A stretch of 64,000 nt of DNA from an uncultured Gemmataceae bacterium (GCA_963750165.1 CAVVPN010000003.1:1632001-1696000); one strand, 5' to 3'. Positions 28,732 through 38,896 are shown, numbered from the stretch's first letter. The notes: generated by a model not told the origin, from the letters alone. Made by a program: numbers and translations.

Positions 28732-30171
28732 ATGCCGTTTCTGCTGCTGTTAGTCCTGTCGTTGGCCTGCCTGCAACGCGAATGGCCGAGGCCGCCCATT
28801 GCGCTGACCCCCGTCCGCGCCGGCCTGGTGACCTGGCTGGGCACGGGCATTCTCATCGCCCTGACCGGCCTGCTCGCGGCCCTGCTCCGCCGCTGGGTGC
28901 TGACCGATCCGCACGCCCGCCCCCAGGTCGTGCGTCGCTTCAGCCGCCTGCGCCGCTACGCCCTGTTCGCGCACCTGGGCTGGTTCCTCACCGCCCTGTT
29001 CGCCTGCGGCTGGGGCTGGGCCGTCAAGTCCTGGCTCACCGCCCACGGCACCACCCTGCCAGGCGTTGAACTGGTGCTGCTGACCCCACTGCTCGCCGCC
29101 CTGGTGCTGTCGTGGGCGCTGTACTACGACGTGGACGCGGCCCTGAAGCGCACCGCCGCCTACGCCGACGACACGCCGCCGCCCGGCCGCTGGGCGCAGG
29201 TGCTCTTGCAGGCCCGCCACAACTTCCTGTTGCTGGCGCCGCCGCTGCTGCTCACCTTCGTCCAGCAGACGGTCGTCTGGTGCTTCCCCGCGCTGCTGAG
29301 CGATCAGCTGCTGCTCGGCCTGTTCGCCATCGGTCTGCTGGCGGCGGTGTTCGTCGGCATCCCGTGGCTGCTGCGGTTGCTGCTCGGCCTGCGGCCGCTG
29401 CCGCCGGGGCCGTTGCGCGATCGCCTGCTGGCGACCGCCAAACGGCTCCACTTCCGCTGCAACGACATCCTTCTGTGGGATACGCGCAATACTGTCGCCA
29501 ACGCCATGGTCACCGGGCCGCTACCGTTCCTGCGCTACGTCGTGCTCTCCGACCGCCTCATCAAGGAGATGACGCCCGAAGAGGTCGAGGCGGTCTTCGG
29601 CCACGAGGTTGGCCACATCAAGCACCATCACCTGTTGTTTTACTTCGGCTTCCTGATCGCCAGCATGTTCGTTGTGTTCGGTGCCTGGACCTGGTTGACG
29701 GGGCAGCTCGACCACGAATCGGTGCAGCAGGCGCTGGGCGAACCGCTGCCGGACGTGGCGGCGTGGCTGCGGGCCAACGAACTGCTGGCGCTGCTGCCGA
29801 TGCTGCTGTTGCTGGCGGGCTACGTTTTCGTGGTCTTCGGCTTTTTGTCGCGGCGCTGCGAACGGCAGGCGGACATCTTCGGCTGCCAAACGGTTTCGTG
29901 TGCGGTGTTCATCTCGGCGCTGGAGAAGGTGGCGTGGCTGAACGGCATCAGCCGCGACCGGCCGGGCTGGCTGTCGTCGTGGCAGCACTCGACCATCGCG
30001 CGCCGCGTGGAGTTTCTGGAGCGCATGAGCACCGACCCGGCGCTGGCGGCGCGCTTTCAGTGGCGCGTGGGTTTGGTCAAGTGGGGTGTGGTGATCGGTC
30101 TGGGAGCGGCGCTGACGGGGATGCTGGTGCTGGTGCCGGAGCAGGTGTGGGCAATCCTGCGGCAGATGTGA
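28732..30171 (+). CDS. M48 family membrane zinc metalloprotease
   Basis: ANAMVTG, AVFGHEVGH, ERQAD, HSTIARR; multiple TMs. Confidence 0.9.
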   Translation: MPFLLLLVLSLACLQREWPRPPIALTPVRAGLVTWLGTGILIALTGLLAALLRRWVLTDPHARPQVVRRFSRLRRYALFAHLGWFLTALFACGWGWAVKSWLTAHGTTLPGVELVLLTPLLAALVLSWALYYDVDAALKRTAAYADDTPPPGRWAQVLLQARHNFLLLAPPLLLTFVQQTVVWCFPALLSDQLLLGLFAIGLLAAVFVGIPWLLRLLLGLRPLPPGPLRDRLLATAKRLHFRCNDILLWDTRNTVANAMVTGPLPFLRYVVLSDRLIKEMTPEEVEAVFGHEVGHIKHHHLLFYFGFLIASMFVVFGAWTWLTGQLDHESVQQALGEPLPDVAAWLRANELLALLPMLLLLAGYVFVVFGFLSRRCERQADIFGCQTVSCAVFISALEKVAWLNGISRDRPGWLSSWQHSTIARRVEFLERMSTDPALAARFQWRVGLVKWGVVIGLGAALTGMLVLVPEQVWAILRQM

Positions 30172-30286
30172 GGTGTTGCGCCGCAGGATCGGAAAATCCC
30201 TCAAGGTCCATCCGCCCCCGGCCCGATGACAGGAAGCAGCGACGCTCATCACTTCTTTTCGCCCGTCTTCACCGGGGGAAATAACC

Positions 30287-30607
30287 ATGACCAACGACCG
30301 TCCCGTGTTCCGCCCGCACCTGGAGGCTCTGGAAGACCGCTGCCAGCCTTCCGCGTTGACGCCCGTCCACTCGACCACGCTGCACCCGACTCCCAACCTG
30401 TTGCCCTCCTATGTCTACAACCCGTTCAACGCCGCGACCGGGGGGCTCAACTCGCACACCACCCAGCAGGCGGCGACGCCCGCGCACCCGTACTCGCCGT
30501 TTATCTACAACCCGTTCGCGACCCAGCAGGGCTTCACCATCTCGACCCCGGGCGGCTACGGCACCGCGCACGTGTTCGCTCCGTACATCTACAACCCGTT
30601 CGCGTAA
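30287..30607 (+). CDS. Small protein with planctomycete LExLEDR N-terminal motif and three (Y/F)xYNPF repeats
   Basis: FRPHLEALEDR; PSYVYNPFNA, SPFIYNPFAT, APYIYNPFA. Confidence 0.75.
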   Translation: MTNDRPVFRPHLEALEDRCQPSALTPVHSTTLHPTPNLLPSYVYNPFNAATGGLNSHTTQQAATPAHPYSPFIYNPFATQQGFTISTPGGYGTAHVFAPYIYNPFA

Positions 30608-30632
30608 GCGCGTCACCGCACAACCAGGCCCC

Positions 30633-30671
30633 GATTGATCGGTTCGCGCGGCCCACGCGAACCGATCAATC
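30633..30671. terminator. Hairpin between convergent genes
   Basis: GATTGATCGGTTCGCG / CGCGAACCGATCAATC perfect 16-bp arms. Confidence 0.65.
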
Positions 30672-30688
30672 CAGACCTGGGACCGGTA

Positions 30689-31510
30689 TCAGGTCAGCTT
30701 CGCCTCGACCTCCTTCATGTAGCGGATGCTCTCGCGGGCAATCGTCTCGGGGTCCGGCGTGTAGTCGAAGACCTCCACCGACACCCAGCCGGCATAGCCG
30801 CTCACCTTCAGCGCTCGGAAGATCGGCACGAAGTCCGTGTCGCCGAAGCCGGGGCCGCGGCGGTTCACGTCGTTGGCGTGGAAGTGGCCCGCCGCCTTGC
30901 CGTGCCGCGTAATCAACTCCGGCGTAATGACCTCCTCGGTGCTCATCGCCTTCACGTCCAGGTGCAGTACGAAGTTCTTGTGCCCCAGTTTGCCCAGGAC
31001 TTCGAGGGCCTCGTCACAGGTGTTGATGAAGTCGGCCTCCGGCGGCGACAGCGGCTCCAGGCACAGCCGCACACCGGCGTCCGCGATGCTCGGGGCGGCG
31101 CGGCGGAAGGTGTCCACGATGTTGTCCACAGCCTGCTGCCGGGTGTGGCCGGCGGGGATGCGGCGCTGGCCCGGCGAGCCGAACACCATCAGGTCGCCAC
31201 CGAGGTCGCGGCAGCAGCGGGCCAGCTCCACCAGGTAGTCGGCGGTGCGCTGCCGCACCGCCTCGTCCGCCGCAGTCACCTGCAGCCCCTCCGTCTTCGC
31301 CAGCAGCCAGTGCAGGCCGATGATTTTCAGGCCACAGTCCTCCGCCTGGCGGCGCAACTGCTGCCGCTGTGCCGCCGACACGTCGGTGATGCGCGGCGCC
31401 AGCGTGAACGGCGCCAGCTCCAGACCCTGGTAGCCGAGCCGGGCCACCGTCGCACAAACGCGGCCGTGCTCCCAGCCCTCAAACGTCTCATTGCAGATCG
31501 CGTATTTCAT
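30689..31510 (-). CDS. Sugar phosphate isomerase/epimerase (D-psicose/tagatose 3-epimerase-like)
   Basis: CLEPL, HLDVKAM, HFHAND, VSVEVF. Confidence 0.85.
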   Translation of the reverse strand: MKYAICNETFEGWEHGRVCATVARLGYQGLELAPFTLAPRITDVSAAQRQQLRRQAEDCGLKIIGLHWLLAKTEGLQVTAADEAVRQRTADYLVELARCCRDLGGDLMVFGSPGQRRIPAGHTRQQAVDNIVDTFRRAAPSIADAGVRLCLEPLSPPEADFINTCDEALEVLGKLGHKNFVLHLDVKAMSTEEVITPELITRHGKAAGHFHANDVNRRGPGFGDTDFVPIFRALKVSGYAGWVSVEVFDYTPDPETIARESIRYMKEVEAKLT

Positions 31511-31511
31511 G

Positions 31512-33032
31512 TTAGTCGATGGTCACCTTGGGTGGCGGTTGTCCGGAGGGGGCGGTGAGTGTCACCGGCAGCGGCCCCTTGGCGGCCAGGGCCGCGTCGT
31601 AAAACTGCTGGGGCGAATCGACCGCCTTGTCGCCGACGTGCGTGATGACGATGCCGGGCTTCAGGTCCTTCCGGGCCGCGGCGCTGTTCGGCTGCACGTC
31701 GCTGACCAGAACGCCGCGCGGCACGCTCTGGATCTTCAACTCCGGCTGCTGCACCAGCACGCTGGTGTAGTCCACGCGCAGGCCGCGGACGAACGGCCGC
31801 TGCCCCGGCTCCGTGGCGATCTTCTTGCCCGGCACATAAAACTTGGCCAGCTTGACCTCCACCGTCTCCAGCTTGTCGCCCTTGCGCACCAGCAGGGTGA
31901 TCGTTGAGCCGGCCAACTGCGTGCCCAGGGCCAGGAACAGTTCGTCGCCGTCGTGGACGGCAACGTCCCGGGTCCGATCCTTGATGCGGAGGATGACGTG
32001 TTTGGCCTTGAGGCCCTTCAGGGCGGCCGGCGAACCCTCCGCGACGCTGCCGAGCACCACTCCTTCGCCGCGCCCCGCCGGGTCGAAGCCGACGCCCAGG
32101 AAGCCATACTCGACTTCCTCGCCGCGGCGCAGCACGTCGATGATGCCCTTCATGCCGGCGTCGATGGGCACCGCGAAGCCGCCCGGTGTCTCGCCTCCGT
32201 TTAGCCCTGCCAGAGCGCTGGTCAGGCCGATCAGCCGGCCGTTGAGGTCCAGCAGCGCCCCGCCGCTGCAGCCGACGTTGAGCCGCACATCGGTTTGCAG
32301 CAGTGTGCCGTAGTGATGCAGCGTCTTGACGCGATCCTGCTCGCGCGGCGGCGACGGTGCCCGGCGGCGGACGTTGGCGATGATGCCGAATGAGGCGCTC
32401 GGCTTGCCGTCGAAGAAGCCGGCGGCGAACGGGTTGGCCAGGGCGACGACGAACTGGCCGCGCTGCACCTTGTCGCCCGCGCCGAAGGGCAGCGGCCGCA
32501 ATGTCTGTTTGCCGTCGATGAGACGCAGCACGGCCAGATCGCTGCGCGGGTCGGCGGCGTAAATGTCGGCGTAACCGCCCTTGTGCTCCGGCAGCCGCAC
32601 GAAAACCTTGGTGGCATCGCGGACGACGTGGTAGTTGGTCAGGATCAGCCCCTTTGCGTCGAGGACGACGCCGCTGCCAAAGGCCTCGGGCACGTGAGCG
32701 GGGTCGGCGAGATCGAGCTGTTTTTTGAGGCGGTCGCGCTTCGCGTCGGTCAGCTTGGCGGCGAGCGGGTGCTGGAGGAGCCGGTCCAGGTCGAGGGCGC
32801 CGAGCTTGCCGGGCTGGTCGGCGGCGGGGCCCTGGTCGTAGTGCTGGTAGGCGTCGCTGCGCGAGACGAGAACGCAGGCGATGGAGGGCTCGGCGTCGTC
32901 GATGACCTTCTGCACGACTTCCTGCAGGGCGAGGGCCTGTTTGAGCTGGGCGGCCTTGTCGTCCTGCTGCGCCGGCAGCGCCGCGGCGGTGACGAGGACG
33001 GCGAACAGGGTGGGCCAAAAGAATCGCGTCAT
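31512..33032 (-). CDS. HtrA/DegP-like trypsin protease with PDZ domains
   Basis: FGSGVV, LTNYHVV, SDLAVL, GCSGGAL; two PDZ-like segments. Confidence 0.9.
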   Translation of the reverse strand: MTRFFWPTLFAVLVTAAALPAQQDDKAAQLKQALALQEVVQKVIDDAEPSIACVLVSRSDAYQHYDQGPAADQPGKLGALDLDRLLQHPLAAKLTDAKRDRLKKQLDLADPAHVPEAFGSGVVLDAKGLILTNYHVVRDATKVFVRLPEHKGGYADIYAADPRSDLAVLRLIDGKQTLRPLPFGAGDKVQRGQFVVALANPFAAGFFDGKPSASFGIIANVRRRAPSPPREQDRVKTLHHYGTLLQTDVRLNVGCSGGALLDLNGRLIGLTSALAGLNGGETPGGFAVPIDAGMKGIIDVLRRGEEVEYGFLGVGFDPAGRGEGVVLGSVAEGSPAALKGLKAKHVILRIKDRTRDVAVHDGDELFLALGTQLAGSTITLLVRKGDKLETVEVKLAKFYVPGKKIATEPGQRPFVRGLRVDYTSVLVQQPELKIQSVPRGVLVSDVQPNSAAARKDLKPGIVITHVGDKAVDSPQQFYDAALAAKGPLPVTLTAPSGQPPPKVTID

Positions 33033-33597
33033 GAGGCACCCATGTGCGAGGTTGGCGGCGGTACATCCTTGTTGTACCGCGACGGCGGTGGGCTTGCCAG
33101 CGTCCTTCGTTCTGCCGCTTGCGACTGCTGCACGGGATTGGAGCGGAAGGGGTCCAGGAGATGACGCCCCGAGTCCAGCGCCCGGAATTGAGCCGCCAGG
33201 TCAAACACCTCGTAACGCTTGACCTCACCGGGCTGGAGGATCTGAAAACGCTGCTCGGAGAGTTCGGAGAGGCCGTAACTCTCGACGCGGTAGGTATGGG
33301 GCAACTTGTGGCCATCGGGGCCAATGATGTCGATCAGCAGGTCGAGGTCCGGCGAGCCGGGGGCACGCAGAGATAGCGCTTCTTGTTGGAAGTATTTTTG
33401 ACCTCTACATGCACGGTGATGAGCTGACCGATCACGTAGGACGGTTGGACGAACACACGGCAGGCGATCCCGTCCCTGGGTTGCCCCCACGGGGCCTGGG
33501 CGTCGGCCTTTGCCGGTTGCGCGCGCGCCGCGCCGTTGGGCCAGGCCAGCAGCATCACCGCCAGAACGAGATGACCAAACAACGGCGTCGGCTTCAT
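33029..33597 (-). CDS. Hypothetical secreted protein (frameshift near 33360)
   Basis: Signal peptide and WG..DG motif in 33334-33597; continues in the frame of ORF 33029-33643; GGAGG RBS. Confidence 0.5.
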
Positions 33598-33691
33598 GGG
33601 ATCCTCCGAGTATTGCCGGCGTGGTGTTGACGCGCGCCGACACTATTTCCGGATTCCATTCCCTGGAAGGGCGTCCGTCCGGCGGACGCGG

Positions 33692-34606
33692 TTACAAACC
33701 TAGCTCTTCCAGCGATTGGATTTTGATGACCTGAAGAGCAGCCGACTGAAGGCGCTCCAGATCGTCGATGGCGTTGATCCGCGCCGCCAGGGCTTCGGGA
33801 AGTGCGCCGAATCGGTCCTCCAGCAACCGGCGCAACAGACTCCGATGTGCCCGCAATTCGCCTCGGACTTCGCCCCGGGCTTCCGCTTCGGCCTGCCACT
33901 CCAGCACCTGCTGCGATTGTTGCATGTTCCACTCCTTGAGGGCTTCCTTCCACTGCGGCCGGCAGCCAGTCAGTTCCGCGAACACCACGGCCAACGCGCC
34001 GTAGTCGCCGCGCTTGCGCGCCTCCGGTTCGGCCAGCGCGACCTCCTGCCACCGGGCGATTATACCGGCCTCACCGCCGCCACGCATCAGCGGTATGAAC
34101 GGCAGCGCGCACCGCGCCACCCGGGTCGCCGCGACCTCCTCCAGCGTCGCTGCCGCATCGTGGCGCGCCAGGTTGCATTCGGCCACTTGCAGGCACACCC
34201 GCATGCCGGCGCCGCCGAGCACGAAGTCGCGCGACGTGGCGCCGGCACCCGTGAGGTTGACCACGACCGCCCCCAGTTGGTAGCGGTCGCCGCGCTCCCC
34301 GGACGGCCGTTGCTGCCGCCACACGGCCCCGAGGTACTCCAGGAAGCGGTCGAACATGTCCGGGTCGGGCTCGCGCTGGAACTCGACGGGCACCGCCCAC
34401 GGCGGCCCGGGGTGTTCGGCGTCGTCCAGGCAAGCCACCGTGTCGCCGGCGCGGTCGCGCTCGCCGGGGAATGGCAGGTTGCGCGTGTCCAGCCAACGCA
34501 GGAAGCGCACGGTCGGCGACAGTCCGGGCAACAGCCAGCGCAGCAGCCCGAGTGGGTCGAGCCGGGCGGCGTACCGGCTGGCCTGGTCATACGGGTTCAT
34601 GGCCAT
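33692..34606 (-). CDS. Rpn/YhgA-like PD-(D/E)xK nuclease family protein with DUF4351-like C-terminus
   Basis: PYDQ..RY, GDTVA...VEFQ, ALPFIPLM, EARGEVRGE repeats, LLRRLLEDRFGALP. Confidence 0.75.
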   Translation of the reverse strand: MAMNPYDQASRYAARLDPLGLLRWLLPGLSPTVRFLRWLDTRNLPFPGERDRAGDTVACLDDAEHPGPPWAVPVEFQREPDPDMFDRFLEYLGAVWRQQRPSGERGDRYQLGAVVVNLTGAGATSRDFVLGGAGMRVCLQVAECNLARHDAAATLEEVAATRVARCALPFIPLMRGGGEAGIIARWQEVALAEPEARKRGDYGALAVVFAELTGCRPQWKEALKEWNMQQSQQVLEWQAEAEARGEVRGELRAHRSLLRRLLEDRFGALPEALAARINAIDDLERLQSAALQVIKIQSLEELGL

Positions 34607-34808
34607 GACACGCACCATCAATAGTTGCTTTTGTCCCGCCGTGCCAGCGCCTCCGGCACTGCCGACGTGCTCCGTGGGATGCGGGGGTTAACGTACCCGA
34701 ACGGGCAAGCCCGTCCCAGGGAAAAATGATGGGCCCCTTGCCCAGCAGGCATTGGTTGGTACACCCCAAAGAACGGGAGCGCGCGACGCTTTTCCGCCGG
34801 CCCTGCCC

Positions 34809-34836
34809 TTGACGGGACCAGCCCTACCCTTATGAT
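34809..34836 (+). promoter_or_regulatory. sigma70-like promoter TTGACG-N16-TATGAT (rplM-rpsI)
   Basis: Hexamers about 40 nt upstream of the rplM start. Confidence 0.7.
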
Positions 34837-34877
34837 TACAATTTCCTGAACCGCCGTTTGGAAACGCAGGTAGAGCA

Positions 34878-35318
34878 ATGACCACGTACATGGCCCGCAA
34901 AGAGGATCTCGAGCCGCGCTGGCACGTCATCGACGCGGCCAACCAGGTCGTCGGCCGCCTGGCGGTGGTGATCGCCAACATCCTCCGCGGCAAGCACCGT
35001 CCCGAGTACACGCCGCACCAGGATCTCGGCGATTACGTCATCGTCATCAACGCCAGCAAGGTGCGCTTCACCGGCAAGAAGTGGGACACCAAGTCGTACC
35101 AGGCGTACTCGCACTACCCTGGCGGCCTGAAGATCACGCCGGCCCGCGAGGTGCTCGCCAAGCATCCGGAGCGTATCCTGGAAACGGCGGTGCGGCGCAT
35201 GGTGCCGCGCAACAAACTCGGCCGGCAGCAGATGGGCAAGCTGAAAATCTACGCCGGCAGCGAGCATCCGCACCAGGCCCAGCAACCGACCCGGTACAGT
35301 CTCGACAACATGAAGTAA
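34878..35318 (+). CDS. rplM: 50S ribosomal protein L13
   Basis: WHVIDA...GRLA...LRGKHRPEYTPH...HPHQAQQP. Confidence 0.98.
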   Translation: MTTYMARKEDLEPRWHVIDAANQVVGRLAVVIANILRGKHRPEYTPHQDLGDYVIVINASKVRFTGKKWDTKSYQAYSHYPGGLKITPAREVLAKHPERILETAVRRMVPRNKLGRQQMGKLKIYAGSEHPHQAQQPTRYSLDNMK

Positions 35319-35331
35319 GGGGAGCGCAGCC

Positions 35332-35799
35332 GTGGCTGACACGAAGCAGAAGACGTACAACGGCACCGGCCGCCGCAAGACCGCGGTGGCCCGGGTGCGC
35401 CTGGTCGAGGGCGGCACCGGCAAGATCGCCATCAATGGCCGCGAACTGGAGCACTTCTTCACCGAGGACAAGGACCGCAACGCCGTCGTCGGCCCGCTGC
35501 TGGTAACGGAGATGCGGACTCGCGTCGATGTACTGGTGAGCGTGCAGGGCGGCGGCATCACCGGCCAGGCCGGTGCCATCAGCCAGGGCGTCGCCCGCGC
35601 CCTCAAGGTGATGTTCGGCATCACGGCGCCGGCGGAGCCGGCGGGCTCCGCGGAGACCGACGGCGACGGCGAGGTGGCGGGCGGCATCGCCAAGAAGCTG
35701 CGCGACTCCGGCTACCTCACCCGCGACGGCCGCATGAAGGAACGCAAGAAGTACGGCCGCAAGGGGGCCCGCAAGAGCTTCCAGTTCTCGAAACGCTGA
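35332..35799 (+). CDS. rpsI: 30S ribosomal protein S9
   Basis: GTGRRKTAVARV, GGGITGQAGA, ERKKYG...QFSKR. Confidence 0.98.
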   Translation: MADTKQKTYNGTGRRKTAVARVRLVEGGTGKIAINGRELEHFFTEDKDRNAVVGPLLVTEMRTRVDVLVSVQGGGITGQAGAISQGVARALKVMFGITAPAEPAGSAETDGDGEVAGGIAKKLRDSGYLTRDGRMKERKKYGRKGARKSFQFSKR

Positions 35800-35915
35800 C
35801 GCCCGAGGTCAGAAGTCAGAGATCAGAGGTCAGGGGTGCGGCGCCGGGTAATTGCCCCGCGTTGCACCCCTGGCTGCTTTTCTGACTTCTGACCTCTGAC
35901 CTCTGACCTCGGGCG
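35800..35915. repeat. Inverted heptamer arrays (AGGTCAG)n / (CTGACCT)n
   Basis: Four units in each arm around a unique spacer. Confidence 0.9.
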
Positions 35916-35992
35916 TTTTGCCCTTGAAACCGCGCCGGCGCATGGTAGCCTGGAAAGCTGTTTCCACCGTCTATCACCAACGCTGACAAGGC

Positions 35993-36385
35993 ATGGACAT
36001 CCCCATGACACCAGACCTCAGCCAGGACCAGTCGTTCCACATTGAGCGCCACGGCGAAGTGGCCGTGGTGGTGCCGTCGCCGAAGGTCGAGGAGATGCCC
36101 GAACCGCTCATCGCCCAGGCCGCCAAGCTCGTGGTCAACTCTCTCAAGGAAGACCCGCCGGCCGGTATCGTCATCGACCTCAGCCAGATCCACTACGTCG
36201 GCTCCGTGTTCGTCTCCTTCCTGCTGCGCTGCCACATGCTGGCCAAGAAGCAGGGCAGTGAGATCGTTCTGGCCGGCGCCTCGGAGCCGGCGCGGGAGTT
36301 GCTGCACTTACTGGACCTGGAGACCATCTGGGCCCTGTACCCCAACCGCAAGGAGGCCGTGGAGGCCCTGAGCGGTTCGGACTGA
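35993..36385 (+). CDS. STAS domain anti-sigma factor antagonist
   Basis: IVIDLSQIHYVGS; STAS size and pattern. Confidence 0.85.
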   Translation: MDIPMTPDLSQDQSFHIERHGEVAVVVPSPKVEEMPEPLIAQAAKLVVNSLKEDPPAGIVIDLSQIHYVGSVFVSFLLRCHMLAKKQGSEIVLAGASEPARELLHLLDLETIWALYPNRKEAVEALSGSD

Positions 36386-36481
36386 ATTGCGAATTGCAAA
36401 TTTGAGATTGCAGATTGCAAATTGAAAGACGGCAACGCTTCTGTCTTTCAATTTGCAATCCGCAATCTCAAATTTGCAATT
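36385..36481. repeat. Inverted AT-rich heptamer arrays (ATTGCAA/ATTGCAG-like)
   Basis: 39-bp near-perfect arms at 36392-36430 and 36443-36481. Confidence 0.9.
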
Positions 36482-36494
36482 GAAGGACACGGTG

Positions 36495-37556
36495 ATGGAT
36501 CAGCATGACAACGAGGAGGTCGGCCTGCCGATGGCCCGGCCGGTGCCGGACCCGCCAGCAGCCCCCGTCCCGCCGGTCCCGCCCCGGCCGTCGCGCCAGC
36601 CCCTGGCCGTCGAGCAGATGGTGGCGCAAATCAAGGAAACCGCCGACAAACTCATCCGCGATCACGCCAGCCGCGGCGATGTGAAGCTGCTCAGCACCGC
36701 GCTGCGCGAGTTGCGTTACGCCTTCAAAATCTTCGCGCCGTATCGCACGCGCCGCAAGGTGACGGTGTTCGGCTCGGCCCGGCTGCCGCAGGAGCACCCG
36801 GCTTGCGTGCAGGCGCGCGAGTTTGGCCGGCGCGTCGCCGAGGCCGGCTGGATGGTCATCACCGGAGCGGCGCACGGCATCATGGAGGCGGGCCACGTCG
36901 GCGCCGGCCGCGAGAACAGCATCGGCGTCAACATCCTGCTGCCCTTCGAGCAGGAGGCCAACGCCGTCATCCGCGGCGACACCAAGCTGATGCACCTCAA
37001 ATATTTCTTCACGCGCAAGCTCCTCTTTCTGAAGGAGTCCGACGCCATCGCCCTGTTCGCGGGCGGCTTCGGCACGCAGGACGAGGGCTACGAGGTGCTG
37101 ACGTTGTTGCAGACCGGCAAGAGTCAGATGTTCCCCATTGTCATGGTGGAGGAACCCGGCGGCGACTACTGGGCGAAGTGGCTGGAGTTCGTCCGCGACG
37201 TGCTGGTGCCGCGCCGCCTGATCTCGCCGGACGACCTGCACCTGTTCAAGGTCACGGACCACCTCGACGAGGCGGTGACGGAAGTGCTGGGCTTCTACCG
37301 CGTCTACCACAGCATGCGCTACGTCCACCGCGACCTGGTGCTGCGCTTGCAGAAGCCGCTCAGCGATGATCTGCTGCAGCGCATCCGAACCGACTTCCAG
37401 GACATTTTGAAGGCCGGCACGTTCGAGCAGAGCGGGCCGCTGCCGGAAGAGGCCGACGAGCCGGACCTGGCGAGTCTGTCGCGGTTGCGGTTCTGTTTCG
37501 ACCGCCACCACCAGGGGCGACTGCGGCTGCTCATCAACCTCATCAACCAGGCGTGA
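36495..37556 (+). CDS. LOG family (TIGR00730-like) protein
   Basis: VTVFGSAR, ITGAAHGIMEAG, YFFTRK, AGGFGTQDE. Confidence 0.9.
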   Translation: MDQHDNEEVGLPMARPVPDPPAAPVPPVPPRPSRQPLAVEQMVAQIKETADKLIRDHASRGDVKLLSTALRELRYAFKIFAPYRTRRKVTVFGSARLPQEHPACVQAREFGRRVAEAGWMVITGAAHGIMEAGHVGAGRENSIGVNILLPFEQEANAVIRGDTKLMHLKYFFTRKLLFLKESDAIALFAGGFGTQDEGYEVLTLLQTGKSQMFPIVMVEEPGGDYWAKWLEFVRDVLVPRRLISPDDLHLFKVTDHLDEAVTEVLGFYRVYHSMRYVHRDLVLRLQKPLSDDLLQRIRTDFQDILKAGTFEQSGPLPEEADEPDLASLSRLRFCFDRHHQGRLRLLINLINQA

Positions 37557-37572
37557 CCCCGCTTGTCTCTGA

Positions 37573-37630
37573 TCGGAGCCCGAGCGCCAGCGCGGGGCCG
37601 CTGGGCCCCGCGCTGGCGCTCGGGCTCCGA
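37573..37630. repeat. Perfect 27-bp-arm palindrome (REP-like/terminator)
   Basis: TCGGAGCCCGAGCGCCAGCGCGGGGCC-GCTG-exact inverse. Confidence 0.85.
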
Positions 37631-37707
37631 CCCACCATGAATGGCCAAGGCACTGCCCCCGTCAGGCCGCCTCTGCCTCGATCCACCTTTTTTTTCGCGG
37701 AGCGCGC

Positions 37708-37735
37708 TTGACTTCCGGTGTGCTGCCCCTATAGT
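37708..37735 (+). promoter_or_regulatory. sigma70-like promoter TTGACT-N16-TATAGT
   Basis: Upstream of the DUF1559-MFS-PhyH-ArsI operon. Confidence 0.65.
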
Positions 37736-37810
37736 GATGACGCTTGTACGATTGTTTGATTGTTGGAACGTCCTGCCCGCCTCATTCCCCACGCCCCCCG
37801 GAGGTGCCCC

Positions 37811-38866
37811 ATGCGACCGCGCCAGGGTTTCACGCTGATCGAGCTACTGGTGGTCATCGCCATCATCGCCATCCTCATCGGCCTGCTCCTGCCGGCGGTG
37901 CAGAAGGTCCGGGAGGCGGCGGCCCGCGCCCAGTGCGAGAACAACCTCAAACAGCTCGGTCTGGCCATGCACAACTACGAGTCGGCCAACAAGAAGTTCC
38001 CGCCGTCATTCAAGGGCACCCTGGCGCCGATCAACGCCGCTTATGCGACCTATCCCGGCTACTTCTTCAGCTGGTCGGCCCTGGCGTTCCTCAACCCCTA
38101 CCTGGAACAGACCAACATCTACAACAACATGGACCTGACGCTGCCGATCTACACGCTGCCCAACTACACCATCTCGGCGGCCAATCAGTTCGCCGTCACG
38201 CAGGTGGTGCCGCTGTTCCTGTGCCCCAGCGATCAACAGCAGCCGGTCAGCAGTGCCTACGGCGTCACCAACATGGGCCCGACCAACTACGCGGTGTGCG
38301 TCGGCACCGGCACCACCAACGGCGGCGCCCCCTACGGCTCGCTGTACAACGCCGACGGCATGTTTCAGGCCCAGCAGTTCACCCGGGCGACGGACGTGCG
38401 CGACGGCCTGAGCAACACCGCCATGCTGTCCGAGAGCACCCTCGGCGAGGGCGACGAGAACACCATGGGCGCGGCCCCCAGCGGCGGCACGCTGCAAACC
38501 ACTTACCAGTATGTCGCGTTCGGCACGGCGCTGACGCCGGGCAGTTGCGCCGCGGCGACGAACTGGAACAACGCCAACCGCCGTGGTTTCATGTGGGCCT
38601 CCGGTGAGATGCGCTGTCGCCTCGTACAACCACTACCTGACGCCCAACGCACCGACGCCGGACTGCATCACCAACGACATCAACCCCGGCCCCGGGCAGT
38701 ACACGTCGATCGGCTTCCGCGGGCGCGCAGCCGGCACGCCGGCGGCGTCAACCTGGTGCTCGGCGACGGCTCGGTGCGCTTCGTGTCCAACGGCATCCAG
38801 GCCGCCACCTGGCAGGCGCTGGCCACCCGCGCCGGCGGCGACATCCTTACCAACCCGGACTTTTGA
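37811..38866 (+). CDS. DUF1559 prepilin-type protein (compensating frameshifts near 38615 and 38720)
   Basis: [26 protein letters not shown] in the alternate frame; [20 protein letters not shown]. Confidence 0.9.
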   Translation: MRPRQGFTLIELLVVIAIIAILIGLLLPAVQKVREAAARAQCENNLKQLGLAMHNYESANKKFPPSFKGTLAPINAAYATYPGYFFSWSALAFLNPYLEQTNIYNNMDLTLPIYTLPNYTISAANQFAVTQVVPLFLCPSDQQQPVSSAYGVTNMGPTNYAVCVGTGTTNGGAPYGSLYNADGMFQAQQFTRATDVRDGLSNTAMLSESTLGEGDENTMGAAPSGGTLQTTYQYVAFGTALTPGSCAAATNWNNANRRGFMWASGEMRCRLVQPLPDAQRTDAGLHHQRHQPRPRAVHVDRLPRARSRHAGGVNLVLGDGSVRFVSNGIQAATWQALATRAGGDILTNPDF

Positions 38867-38896
38867 GCACGTGGCAAGTTTGAGGAGTCCGTCGCA

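Noticed and set aside
32255..32285. Inactive HtrA because the motif reads GCSGG rather than GNSGG
   Set aside because: Catalytic His, Asp and Ser are all present; only the residue before Ser differs
37736..37772. ArsR-type operator upstream of the ArsI-containing operon
   Set aside because: Only a short direct repeat (GATTGTT twice) is visible; no convincing dyad and no regulator gene nearby
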